Below are positions 36,325 through 49,018 of a stretch of 64,000 nucleotides of DNA, piece after piece (position 1 is the stretch's first letter; each line of letters opens with the position of its first letter). A program made the translations under genes and the position numbers. Origin of the DNA: Phallusia mammillata (taxonomy: Eukaryota). The notes under the pieces were generated by a model. It worked only from the letters and a program-made list of their open reading frames with translations. It made no database searches and was not told where the DNA came from. The stretch spans positions 3,844,001 to 3,908,000 of the forward strand of contig OZ281498.1 of assembly GCA_965637545.1 (NCBI GenBank). Reading direction: 5' to 3'.

Positions 36325-36996
36325 TTATTATTTTGGGTTTAAGGGGTAAACATGGGTGAATCCAACAAAAAGTTACAAAATTCTTTAAAATGATTTACAT
36401 TGCACCAACCAACAAAGCATGAAACCCTCAGATTATGTACTTGGGTCAGTACAGCCGTTTTTAATTTTTTTTCGTATTGGGGGCTTGTGGGTGAACCACT
36501 GGGTCGTTTGGGATCAAACTTCAGGAGGATCAAATTCGGAACAATAACCAACATCTGTGCAAATTCGAATACATTTAAAGCACTTTTTTTGACCAAACGT
36601 ATTTAACAACCAGCGTTAAACAGAAACGAATATTTTGGGGTTTAAGGGGTGAAAATGGGTAAATCTTTTTTTAAGGTACAAAATTCTTTGAAATACCCTA
36701 TATTGCACCAAACAACAAAGCATATAATTCCTAAATAAAGTACATTAGCAAGCATAGCCGTTTCAAAAATTTCACGTTTTTGGGGGGCTGTGGGTAAACC
36801 GAGGGATCAAACGGGATCAAAATTCACATGGACCAGCTTTAGACCAATATCTATAATGTGTGTAAATTTGAAAAAGTTCGAACCATTCTTTCTTGACCAA
36901 AACGTGGGAACAAATCCGCTTTAAAAAGAAAAAAAGGAAAAAAAAAATATAGACAAAAAACAATATGTGTCCCCTTCAGGGAAGGGGACCCATAAT
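36325..36996 (+). mobile_element. Two diverged tandem units of about 302 bp ending in a terminal hairpin; probable Helentron-associated (HINE/pearl-like) element
   Basis: Units start at about 36331 and 36633 (TTTTGGG(G)TTTAAGGGG). The 3' end AAAACAATATGT is followed by stem GTCCCCTTC, loop AGG, stem GAAGGGGAC (36969-36989), then CCATAAT. Confidence 0.55.
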
Positions 36997-37997
36997 AACT
37001 ATCTGCTGTGTCGACGAATTTGCAGTGAAAACTATATACTACGTCGACGATTTACCAAGCAGCTACCGAGTGAAAACTATGTTCTGTGAAAGATTTCACA
37101 AAAGAACTAGTGCAGTGGTATCAACCTCCTCTGACCACCAAAGCAACTAGCTACGTATAAACTATCTACTCTGTCACCAATATACAATAGCGTTGCCACT
37201 TCAATCTACGCTCAGGACAAAGGCTCGCAAGTCGTTCCGCAACGGATTACGCCGAGCATTCTCGATGCGTGTGTATCAAAATTTGACATGGCCTTAGGCC
37301 CAGGGCGAAAAAAATGCCCAAGGACATTTTTTGTCTAGTCACTTCTGGCCAGTTTGTCTCTCTGTCATATCTTCAAACGTCTGATGAGAAAAATATAGGT
37401 TACGCGTTTCAACGTATATAAACGTAACTCGTATTTATCACCCACACTCTCTGACAAGAGTAAAGCATGTACGAAAGTTATTGTCTCTACCACAACTATC
37501 TAACAAACCGATTATTACGTCGAAAGGCTAGTTGAATGTCCAACGGCTGCGAAAACGAGCGTATAGCGATCTGCATCGTTACTGGAAACTTCCACCCACA
37601 CACCAGTTCTTGATCGCGGTGAAGCTTGTGGATTTTGACCTGAAACAAAAAGAAAAGCAATTAATTTATTGAGACAACGGATTATTCAGTTTCACACTTT
37701 AAACAAACAAGAACTTTGTAATGAGTTCTTCGCACACTAATCATGATTAAATAAAAACGTCTAAATATCACATTGTTGTGGTGATGGTTTCTTGTATTGT
37801 TACATCGAGAATTATTTGTTCCGCTTTGCTGATTTCAGTTCTTCTATAATAGTGACGTATGTAAATATTCATCCGCGAAAGGGCATGTGCATTTCCTTTT
37901 GTAAAACCCCCGTTTTTTTGTAGGCTGCATTATTTGCCAGCAGGGCTTCTACTCTAGATGTTTCATATCTAGATCTAGATAGTTTTGTAATCTAGGT

Positions 37998-38687
37998 CAG
38001 TGCTCTTCAACCTGTGTGCACGGTGCACCCTAGGGTGCACCAAAATACGCATGGCACCAGTACGAAAAGGTATATAAGGGTGCATCACAAACTTTTAATG
38101 AACCAATAACATTTGACTTTCAGGATATTAGAAAAAAAATCTTTGTACATTTAAAAATGTTGATGTCTAACACTTTCAGTGCGGTTGACGTTTATCTACG
38201 TTAATTTACGTCAAAAGTCTCACCGACAGTGTGTAAAACTTTGGCAGCTCCGCTCGGTTTAATTGACATGATGATATGCAAAATGATTTTTCATCTCGCT
38301 TTTTACCTCAGTTTACATTTTAAGTATTTTTTTTTACTTGCAAGGTAAACTGAGGTAAAAAGCGTTATGAAAAATCATTATGCATATCACCATGTCTAAC
38401 ACTTTCAGTGCGGTTGACATAAATTAACGTCAATCCGCACTCTGCGCAAAACGTCTTTTGACGTAGATATACGTCAACCAGACTGAAAGTGTTAGACATC
38501 AACATTTTAAAAAAATACAGAAGTTCATTTATACATTAGTTGAAACCAACATATTTTTGTAATATCCAAATATTAATGTTTATTAAAAGTTTGTGATGCA
38601 CCCTTGTATACCTTTTCGTACGGGTGCACCCCATACATATTTTGGTGCACCCTAGGGTGCACCGTGCACACCGGTTGAAGAGCACTG
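37998..38687. mobile_element. Foldback hAT MITE, almost fully palindromic (690 bp)
   Basis: CAGTGCTCTTCAACC termini; exact TSD ATCTAGGT (37990-37997, 38688-38695). Long outer arms enclose further inverted repeats at about 38150-38505 and 38270-38392. Confidence 0.88.
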
Positions 38688-39009
38688 ATCTAGGTGACGG
38701 CTATAAAATCTAGATAGTTTCTCTAAAACGTTTGTGAAGACCATAGAAAAAGAACCAGCCTGCAAAAGTTCCACACAGATAACCACAAAAGCAAAAAAGA
38801 GTGATGATAACAAGGAAGAAGTAATCTTCTTCAACACCTAATGTAAGGCAATTAATCATATTAATACATCGCATTAAAATTGATTACTTTATGTTTAAAG
38901 TTTAAATTAACTATAATGTTTGGCGTCATTTAGACTTGATTTATTCAGCAATAGGTTTGTTTATTCAGATTTGGAGTGTTTTCTATTTTCCACCTTCTGA
39001 AGGTCAGTA

Positions 39010-39183
39010 CACATGCATTGTTCTCAATGAAGATGGTTGTTTTTTCAAATCCCCACTGCGACTAAATCTTTTTTTGCAAAGGTCGCATTGATACTTTTTG
39101 ACATCGGTGTGGGTCAACATGTTTTTTTAACAGCCCGCCTGTAATAAATGCCTTTTCACATATATCACATCGTTGGCGTCTTT
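39010..39183 (-). pseudogene. Decayed C2H2 zinc-finger exon fragment
   Basis: After an AACAG acceptor: CDICEKAFITGGLLKKH, then a frameshift, then MLTHTDVKKYQCDLCKKRFSRSGDLKKQ; the second finger has lost its His. Confidence 0.7.
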
Positions 39184-40911
39184 CTGTTTAAAGTAATCCA
39201 TTTCATAAAAAAATAGTAAATTTAGCCTATTTTTTCTTTGTTTTTTGTTTATAGTAAAACTAGCAATGCTAATGGGTAAAAAGAAACGTCCTTGTTAACC
39301 AACACTTAGTATGTTTTATGTTCTGTTTTGATTTGTGCTGGACTTACTACAAGTAATGTTTTGGATTATTACAAGTAATTGAAAGTCATTTAAAGGCAAC
39401 ATGTGGCTGAATAATGTGGATTTAATTCGAGACCTGTGTGTACTGTTCAAACTGCTTGATGTGTGATTGTCGCCATGACGTCATAATGGATACGTATGGC
39501 TTATGTTTGTTTTTATGTGGTTTAAAGAAAAACCGCTGTCTTTGCTATTGACGTTGTCGTCTTGGTTACTATTCCACAGAGTTGCCTTGTAACGCTTGTC
39601 CACACAAATGTTCGTTGCACACAAGCAAGAGTAGGTCGTGTCGGAGAACGCGAGCTTTAGGACGGGCGCGTTTTTAAAAGGTTCATCAAGTCTTGTGTGA
39701 CGAATAGCGCAGGGCCAGGCTGTGCACCTAGCGGTCGTTACGAATACAAAGCAAAATCCTACCTGCTTTCCAACGTCTATCGTCCTCAGTCACCATATCA
39801 AAACTGAGAAATGTTCGGGCAGTCGTAAAATTTTCCAGAAACTTTTTTTTGCTCAATTCGGGTTGTAACAATTGCAAGTTTACCTATCAAATAAGCAAAT
39901 GGACTATAAAAAAGCATGCAATTACAAATCATGAGTCGCTTTATATCAACAGAAAAAAATCAATATATTCAACATTATTATTTTTACGTAAACACTTTAC
40001 TTTTTGCATTTTGCCACCTTTACTAAATGATTAAAACATCATTTGTAAATATCTTGCAAATCTTAAATTTGACTTAATAGGCTATTTTCCATTTTTTATA
40101 TTCCACTGCGTATTGCGTAAACGTGCGTAAATGCATGTGAAAAACGGTCTGTAACCTGACATGCATAAACGGATGTGTCACTCCTAATGTGATTTATAAC
40201 GGCAAATTACAAATAACACGGGATGTCAATTCTGAAAATTTTTGTATTATTATCGTATTGCTTTTGAAATTATATGTCAATAGTTGTTGTTTTCATATAC
40301 TTAGTCAGGTTTTTTTAAGGTTTGGTTTGGGTGACCGCTAAGTAGTTTTAAGAGACCGCAAGTGTTTCATTTAAATACCAAAAACTGTAGTTGTAGTTGC
40401 AAGTCCAAATTTTGGGAAACCGCTGGAGAAATTTGGGGGACCGTTTCGGATTGAGGCCATTCGGGACGAATGACAAGCCCTCTGGTTTCTGCAAATGGAT
40501 AAAAGTGAAATAATATGCAAAGGGCTTCATTTCTGAATCGGCAAAAATACAGACTTCGAACTTGCATGGAGCTCAGAATAACAGCGGGATACAAAAAGCA
40601 AATAATGTAAGTAACAATAGCTTTCCGGGAAACAAAGGGGTCACAAAAGAGGCAGTTAATAACTTATTTCTGGTAGTTAATGCCGTTGACCATATTTTAG
40701 AAAAAGGAAATTGCGAATAAAGCAACATGGTATGTTAATTCTGAACAATGTTGTATTATTATCGTATTGCTTTTGAAATTATATGTCCATATAGTTGTTG
40801 TTTTCATATAGGCTAAGTACTGGTTGATATTTCTGTTACAAACAGTGATAATATGTGCACCTAAGAGTTATCATGATTTTGTTTATTTTTAGAAAGATCT
40901 CAACAAAAGAA

Positions 40912-42109
40912 ATGGAGTTTAGCAAGGAAAAATTGATTGAATTAGTTAGAGAAAAACCTCCTTTGTATGACGTAAAAGACCTTATCAATGCCTGGGATTC
41001 AATTGGAGCAGAGTTTGGTTTAACAGGTAATTGAACTAATTTTACACAATGTAGGTAAGTTTTTTTCACTGGTGATGGAAATGTTAAATATGTTCCCCAT
41101 AAAATTGCTTTTACAAAGGGTTTGTTGTACATTCAAAAGCCTGTAGGTTGTATTAAATGCAAATGTAAAGTATTTAACACTTTATGTTTTCTTTTTTACC
41201 AGGAAAAAATGTGAAAGAAACGTGGCTAAACATGAAAGACGCATATGTACGAAGAAAAAAGGAGGCGGAAAAACCAAGTGGGTCCGGATTTGTGCCAACA
41301 CCAACATGGCCCTATTTTTTAAGCATGTCGTTTTTGGATAATTATACACAACACCGCAGGTATACAAACTACATGTTTTATGCTTCATTTTTATAACAAA
41401 CCTATTCTCTCGGTTTTGTAAAGGACAAATACAGACAATTTGTTGTCGAAGGATTTAACTAAAGAGATTATGATATCTGAACAACAAAATGTGCATTCAG
41501 CATTTTGTTCATCTGCTGACATAGAAGGTATATTTGGATTTGTGTTTTTTTTACAATCTTTTGTTTATTTTTTAAGTAGTGCTTTGTAATTTTTAGTAAA
41601 CAACCCTAAAACAGCAAAAGAATTAGATCCGACTTCTCGTTTGGATTTAACACTAAAAGCAAATTTTAAAAAGAGGTCACTTATTTATACTGGCACATCA
41701 ATTAACATGGTAATCAAAAGACGCAGAAGAAAACCAGCCAACAATGATTTTTCGGTAAGTTCACTTTTCTCTTCTTTTTTTTTAGTTGATTGTTTTTTTT
41801 GGTATTGTGTCAACTCAACTCAAGTTTCTCCAGTTTGAGTAAAAAGTGTTATTGAAAAAATATTGAAGCATTTAAAACACTTTGTAGAAACTTATGTCGT
41901 TGTTTTTTTAGGAAAAACGAACTGAAGTCCTGCAAGCAACAACCAGAACTTTGGCAAATCAACAGAAGTCGACTGGAAAAACTGGTAGAGCCTTTAATTA
42001 TTCTAAAATAATTGAGGAGAGGCTCGAGACAATACCAAAAAATATGCACAAGGCTTATGTTGAAATAAATGAAATTCTTGAAAAATATGAAGCAGAAGAG
42101 CTTATTTAA
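40912..42109 (+). CDS. MADF (Myb/SANT-like) DNA-binding protein with BESS-like C-terminus, 243 aa
   Basis: Exons 40912-41026, 41203-41359, 41424-41527, 41597-41754 and 41912-42109 join in frame (732 nt) with GT-AG introns. LIELVREKPPLYD..AWDSIG..KETWLNMKDAYVR..WPYFLSMSFL; C-terminal IEERLETIP..AYVEINEILEKYE. Confidence 0.8.
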
Positions 42110-42630
42110 ATTGACCAATAACCATGTTCAGCGTATATATATATATATATAAGTTATATCCTGATTTGCCCTTCCTTTTAGTGGACAACTTTTTAACCCC
42201 AACATTTCATACCTTTGATTGTGTGCACTGTGTGTTACTTATACAGATACTGATTTGATGCAGTGTGTAGTTTTTTTACTGTGTTCAGTAAGCAAACAAT
42301 GTTTCTGAAAAAAAATACATGCGTTTGAATATAGTTTGTTGCACTTTATTGTATTCATTACCGTTTATGCTTTTTGCTGCTCTTGGTAGATTACCCCCCC
42401 CCCCCCTCCAGCCCCAAAAAGTTACCCAATATTTATTGTGCATAAAAGAAAGAATATGTTTCAGCAAGCCATGAAATGCCACAGTTTAAAAACAGGGAAA
42501 CAAACTTATCTTAAAAACTGACTCCTTTCTTTATTAACATCACTTAGCCTAGTGTTACCATATCTGCGTGAGCAAATTTCCGGACGACTTTATATCAATA
42601 TCTCAAACGACAGCAGACCTGCGTTATATT

Positions 42631-44800
42631 CAGTGGCGGCTCGTGCCTAAAATTTCTGGGGGTGCTGCTCCAATTTTTAGCCTTTATTGGACAAATATAA
42701 GTTGGCAATATATAGAAAAGCCACATTTCTAGTTTTCTGGTCATTGTTTTGTGTAGAAAAACAAGTAATACAAATCTTAATTAGCAACTCCATTGTGACG
42801 TAATGGTTGTTACGCAATAATGTACACGGGTGTAAACAGCAGACGGTATCATTGGGGAATTTTGTTTACTTGCACAGCGACAGGTCAAACTCAATAACAT
42901 GCAGTAATAATGTGGCACAAAAACGCACGTAACACAGACTCGAAACAAAGCGGTTGTAAATACGGTAAAACACAACAACAGTATATAGAAAAAAATTATT
43001 AATAAATGAGTCGAAAAAGGTCGAAGTATTTCAATTGGACAACATTTAAGTAAAACTGGTTATAACAATGACTACTAACTAACACACTTGCTATTCAGTC
43101 ATTAATATGGTCATGTATCATTTAAGTACCTTATAGCCACAATCAGCATTTTCAACATATTCCATTACACGTCACAGATTATAATTGCCACACAAAAAAC
43201 TAGCCATAAAGCTTTTTATTTGTATCATAACTGACAGATTCAACAACCACATTACATTTGTGTCAGAACTTGTTTATTAAACATCTTTTCTTAATTTTTG
43301 TGTACAACTATTAATTGTTTGTAAGTTTCCTTACTGCTAAACTTGCTGCTTTATTTGGTGGCAAATAGCTTATAATTCCTTTTTTGAAACTCTGCAAGCT
43401 TTGAAAATTACAACACTCTCACTCAAATTTAAAACATATTATTAAACCTTGTGCTTCTATTTTACAACCAAAATGAATCATAAAGCTATAGTTTAAGCAA
43501 AATAATTGATAGCTTCTTCCTTGATTTCCAAATGACAACCAAGAAAATGTTTTTTTTTGCTATTTAGTTCTATCAATGCAAGTGCAAGTCTTTTTGGAAA
43601 TAATGGTGTTCCTTAGAAAAGTTTGCATCCTTTTCAGTGTTGACATCTTTTTCAAGAACCGTTCTGTCTTTGAGAGACTCATGGAAATTGCTGGCTAACT
43701 GGCTTTTCCTTTAAAAGTTTCAGTAACTTTTCTAACAACAGGATATGTTTGGTGGTCACTACTATCTCCCCTGTAGAATGTTCATTCTTAAGAAACATTT
43801 CCAGTGAAGCAATTTAGCAGCTACTGTTTAAAGAAACATATAATGTCCATTATATCAATACACAAGATTGCACTTGGCTGCAAATACTGTCCACATGGTG
43901 TGTTAAGAAACCAAAACCTGAAATTGTCATCACTAAGGTATTTCGAAATTCCTGTTGCTTGTGTTGTCATCACTAAGGTATTTCAAAATTCCTGTTGCTT
44001 GTGCAATTGTTTGTTCTGCATTTAATATTGCCTGAATTTCAGTGAGGCATTTAACTTCACAGTGTGAGTAGTTCTTGTGGTTGCTTATTCCTGCATGTCA
44101 TATTTGGAATAGAAGATGTTTTATGCCAGTTTTCTTAACTTTTTATTCAGGTTTTTATTGTAAAGGTTAATCGTGACTTTTCAAAGTGTTAGATGACCTT
44201 TTTCTTTTTCAAGGTAGTAGATACACTTTCTAATTCAATGATAACTGCAAAAACCGAAGCTCATTTACAGTCATCTTAAAAATTCACGACTAACCTTCAA
44301 ACAAATAAATTAAAACATGGCAAAAAAATTGTTTAACTTTGCTCACTGTCGAACTAAGAATATAGCAAACGGGTTTGGTTTTGGAGCACAATATAAACCC
44401 GGAACAGACAACACAGCTACAGCGGCCGGTTCACACGCTGCGTGATTGGTGGAGCTGCGCGAGCCGCAGCACCCAGTCGCCTATTTCGCCCGGCATGTAG
44501 CTTTTCCAAGTGCGCATGCGCACAAGTGCAAAACGTCATGAAACGTCACGATTCGTCATGAAACTGGAGCTGCAGTTCCACCATAGATAACATATTAATG
44601 CCATAATTGGCATTAAATGAAAAAAAAAAATTTAAATGAAAAAAATGCCGATCAAGGCGGAAATTATACTTATAAAAATCATACTTAGGAATAAAAAATA
44701 AGTATCATGAAAGTTATCTGTATTGTTGTGGTAGGAATATTAGGTGAAAATATCTAGGGGGTGCTGCAGCTCCGCAGCATCATAGCACGAGCCGCCCCTG
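42631..44800 (-). mobile_element. Internally deleted, decayed hAT transposon (2170 bp)
   Basis: TIR CAG(T/G)GGCGGCTCGTGC; exact 8-bp TSD GTTATATT (42623-42630, 44801-44808). Minus strand retains a frameshifted hAT dimerisation-like remnant (TERF..STLKRMQTFLRNT..LALALIE..EEAINYFA) near 43500-43710. Confidence 0.85.
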
Positions 44801-45102
44801 GTTATATTGTTGACTGTTACCAACCCAAATAGTCCCATTTTGACAAAATAGGATTATCAGACACAAAAAGCGCAGTTTTGTTTCTTAATTAGAAAACACA
44901 AAACGTTCCACATGATAAGGTCCTTTTGAAAGAGTATGGTTAGATTTTACGACGCAAAAATTACCAAATAGCTATTAATTCATGCTGTTAAGTTGTTCTC
45001 ATATGAATATAGGCAGCTTCAACAGGCTAGAAACAGGTAAAACGTACACTTTATGATCCTTCAGGATAAGATTTGTGAAAAATGCTGCAGGTTAGGCTAG
45101 TA

Positions 45103-45608
45103 CAGCGGTTCTCAACCAGTGGGCCATGTAAGCATTTTGATTGGGCCACAGACCAATCAAATAGAAAGCATTTTTTAAGAATTTTCATTTGTGTCACTAC
45201 ACTCAATTTTACAAGAATAATGGCTTGGGGAGGAATTGAGAAGGAATGTAAATTAATTTGAATTATTCTATTTACGGTATAAAGTTACTTTGAGTTTCTG
45301 CAACCCCGTATGTTTATGATGTAATAAACTACTTTGTGATAACAATAAAGCCAGATAATAGCAGAATATTAATTGTCCAATTATTCGGTCATAACTGAAA
45401 GTGCTTGATTAAAGAAGGGAAAGTGCTGTTTTATGATTTTTTGCATTAACATATTTTGAACTTATTATCTGTTTGAAATATGTCCTGCAGTTTTTTTTGT
45501 TCTGAACCTACTTTATAGTTGTTTCTTTCTTTCATAAAAATTTACTGGGCCACAGAATTTTTGTGCAATGAAAGTGGGCCACGAAAGAAAAAAGGTTGAG
45601 AACCACTG
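45103..45608. mobile_element. hAT (Buster/Charlie-type) MITE
   Basis: CAG(C/T)GGTTCTCAACC termini; exact TSD GGCTAGTA. Confidence 0.85.
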
Positions 45609-46807
45609 GGCTAGTACAAGACACTAAAATCTGGACATTAAAAGTGTTTTAATAGTGACAAGAATTCCGGCAACGAATGTCAAGCAACACACCCTATGCA
45701 AAAGCAAAAATGACAGTAAGTAGTAACTTAATTGTTGCATATAGTTTAGGCTCTTTAAAGACATTGGGTATGTTGGAAAGTTTATGGGGCATGGACGCCA
45801 CAAAATAACTTTTTTTGCCGCTAGGAAGGGCGAGATTACATTAAAGTTTGCAGCGGTAACTCGGCATTGTATCATCATAAAAAAGAGACCCTGTACCTGC
45901 ACCTCTCGCAACAACAGTGTTGTGCTTTTTATAATGCTGCAAATTGCAATGCTGCTCTAAGCCAATTGGTAATTGTACTGAATGCGAACGTTTTATAGTT
46001 GTTTGTTACGTATTGGTTTAAAGTTCAGAATAATATTTTAAAAGCATATAATGCATGACTAACGTTTGTCCGATTCTTGGCTACCCGAGGTTTATGTCCG
46101 GATACGACTGACATACCTGGCATACCCGTGTTCGGCACGTATTGTATTTTTGTGTGGTTTCGACAAAACGATATTTTAGATTTGACGTATAGAATTAAAG
46201 TACAGGTCGGAGGTCGGAGAATGGTCTTGGTGGGTTTCATCCGACCAAGGGGTCGTAACTTTGAAAAACACACTAACGTTTTTATGCATTTCGTTTCATT
46301 ATAGGCCTTCTGGGTCATAAAAGCAGTATGTTAAGTTTTCGACATACAAAAAATCAAATGCTGCAAAACACTCGTCAAAAATCGTTTTTGGTCGAGTTTC
46401 TGGGAAATTTCCCTGTCCGAACGTTTTTCAGTTTGGGAGAAACTTTTGTGTTGATATGGTCACTGAGTACGATAGACGATCGAAAGTAGATTGGGTTTTG
46501 TTTTGCATTCGTAACGACCGCTAGCGCTAGGTGCGCAGCCTGGCCCTGCCCCGTTCGTCACACTAGATCAGTAGTTTTCAACCTGTGGTACGCCGAAGCT
46601 TTTCAGATGGTACGCAAGTAGCTTTCTGTAATACTAACTTTAAGTCAGATTCAAGTTGTAACTCACCTGATTAGCCCAGACTGGGGCGAAACTCGTGTTT
46701 TAGACATTCCTTTGAAATTGCTAACTTTGCTGGTGTCAGAAATATGCCAGTCTGGTCAAGAAAAATGGACCTATCTCTTGCGCTATGCATTTACACAGGG
46801 TGTAAGT

Positions 46808-47134
46808 CAGTGGTGGCTAACCTATGGCGCATGCGCCAAACGTGGCGCATTGCCTTCTTTTGATAATCATGAAAATCAAATTAATAAACTAATACATAAA
46901 TAAAGTAAGCCAGCCCTATTAATTATATATATATATATAGTTTATCAGAGTTATTTTTTACTTAATAGTTCTTATTTCTTATTACTAACCTTCTTATGCA
47001 AAAGTTGTTTCTTTCTCTTTCTCTCTATATACAAGAAGTAGTCATAGAAGGTGGGGTTACGAGACATTTATGGCGCATCCAACACAGTATGTTAAAAAGT
47101 TGGCGAATGGTATGTAGAAGGTTGGCCACCCCTG
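46808..47134. mobile_element. hAT-type MITE
   Basis: CAGTGGTGGCTAACC / GGTTGGCCACCCCTG termini; GTGTAAGT on both sides (one extra base on the right). Confidence 0.7.
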
Positions 47135-47489
47135 CGTGTAAGTGATACGCAGCGATAGAAAAAGTCGTCAGGTGGCACGCGATCCGTATAGGATTGGGAA
47201 CAACTGCACTAGGCGGACCCTTTTGAAAACGCACCCGCCCTACATAGTGATACGCATCCATTATGACGTCGTGGCGAATTTTACATCAAGCAGTTTGAAC
47301 AGTATACACAGGCTCCGAATTAAATCCACATTAATTAGCTCCATTTAAATTTGAAATGGCTTCCAATTACTTGTAATAAGTCCAGTGATGGGTTAGGTAC
47401 ATAATAATACAAGTTCAACACAAATCAAATAAGAACATAAAACATACCTAGTGTTGGGTAACCAGGGCTTCACTAGTCTGCGGCTAGAG

Positions 47490-48242
47490 CAGTGGTTCTT
47501 AACCGGGGTTCGGCAACGCCGAATCAGGGGTTTCGTCGAAGGTCTTTTTGAAGTGCAATACAAATACTCGTTTTCGTCAAACTTCAGGGTCCATAAACAT
47601 GTTTATTAAAATATACGTGTTGGCGGCCGAAGCGTAAATAAAACTCTTTTGCTAAATATTTTGATTTTTAAACTGCTCTAAACAGTTTTTGTGGTACTAA
47701 AAAGAGTACCAGCCTATAGTAACCATATGCGTCAGGCTTTTTGTACGCCTATTGTGTGCAAAGAATAAGAACAAAACAGGTACCTCAAGCTTCACAATAT
47801 AGATTATGACATCATAAACACTTTGCTGATCTCCACGCAATGTAGCCCCCTGCACTAAGGTTTAATTTATTTTTTGACGTAACAAAGAGCATTGTTCGTA
47901 TTGATTGTAAGCAGAAAAACAACGAAATTTTGTTGGTAGCAAAAATTTATTACTTCATCTTTTTCATGTTTGTGTACAGATGCTAAAAATACAATGCTTT
48001 ATTTTGGTAAAAACCAAAAAATGCCGAAATTATAGCAATCCTGAAACAAAAGTTGCTTGTATCATTATGTCAGAACTTAACAAAATGACAAACAGTAACT
48101 GTTGCCACTACGTTTGAACAAAAACTAATTATGACCCACCAAACAAAATGGGTTAAAAACCTAGGATGTGACTTTGGGGTTCGACCAAAGGCTGAAGAAT
48201 ATCGTGGGGGTTCGGCCGTTATAAAAAGGTTAAGAACCACTG
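47490..48242. mobile_element. hAT-type MITE
   Basis: CAGTGGTTCTTAACC / GGTTAAGAACCACTG termini; flanks do not form a TSD. Confidence 0.65.
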
Positions 48243-48557
48243 ATCTAAACAACAATTTGTTGCTTTTCAGTTCTTTACAAATTGTTGTTGTACAAAAGCA
48301 GTTATGCGTAGATATTTGTGACAACAAGATAGTTGTGATATTTAGACGTTTTTATTTAAACATGATTTGAATGCAGCGGATTGGAATTGCTCAATATCAT
48401 TCCAAATTTCTTATTTGTTCCCAAACTGAAACTGAATAATCCGTTATTAAATTATTTGGTTTCCTTTTTTTCAGGTCAAAATCCACAAACATTACGGGGA
48501 TCAAGAACTGGTGTGTGGGTGGGAGTTTCCAGTAACGATGCATTTGAGACGTTAACC

Positions 48558-49018
48558 CAGTGGTTCTTAACCTTTTTGGTGTGGCTTCCCACTAAAGTAA
48601 ATCACCAAGTTCGAATTTCCCCCTCTGTTATTTTTATAATGATGTTTTGTGACCAACATTAACCACAAAAATTGTTCTTTAATCGTTTTTTTGTGAAGCG
48701 ATTTGGTCGGGACCTTAAAGGTATACTGCAATCTTCTTTAGTTTGAATAGTGATTTCGTGAGAAAGTAAATTTGTTTGGAATTTTGAAAAATTTCATGTG
48801 CTTACATTAGTCATTTATTGCATCACAATGAACAGATCAAATGCATTTATTCGCGAACAATAACAAAGTCATTGATACTTTTAGTAATGTCTGTGACGTA
48901 ACCAACGATTTTTGGCATGTTATGCGCCTTGTAAAAGTAGGTGAAGTTAATCCTACTTACATGTTATTGCGGAAAATATTGTATTAAATTAAAATTTCCC
49001 ACCGGTTAAGAACCATTG
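48558..49018. mobile_element. hAT-type MITE inserted in psi2 exon 3
   Basis: CAGTGGTTCTTAACC / GGTTAAGAACCATTG termini; exact TSD CGTTAACC. Confidence 0.85.

Larger units (their letters stand above)
37572..39843 (-). pseudogene. Relic FAS 5' fragments psi1 (exon 1 at 39843-39763; 5' half of exon 3 at 37639-37572)
   Basis: Minus strand reads [27 protein letters not shown] with a donor, and GQNPQ..SRTGVWVEVSSNDA after an intact acceptor. Internal deletions; start codon lost. Confidence 0.85.

Noticed and set aside
38696-38837. TM-like reading (YFFLVIITLFCFCG..) on the minus strand
   Set aside because: No start, splice partner or homology; compatible with low-complexity composition.
42383-42400. 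Poly-C run and (TA)n tracts near 42135 and 46925
   Set aside because: Ordinary simple repeats.
42110-46330. Harbinger transposase expected next to the MADF gene
   Set aside because: After removing the hAT and MITE insertions, no DDE_Tnp_4 motifs or paired TIRs were recognisable.
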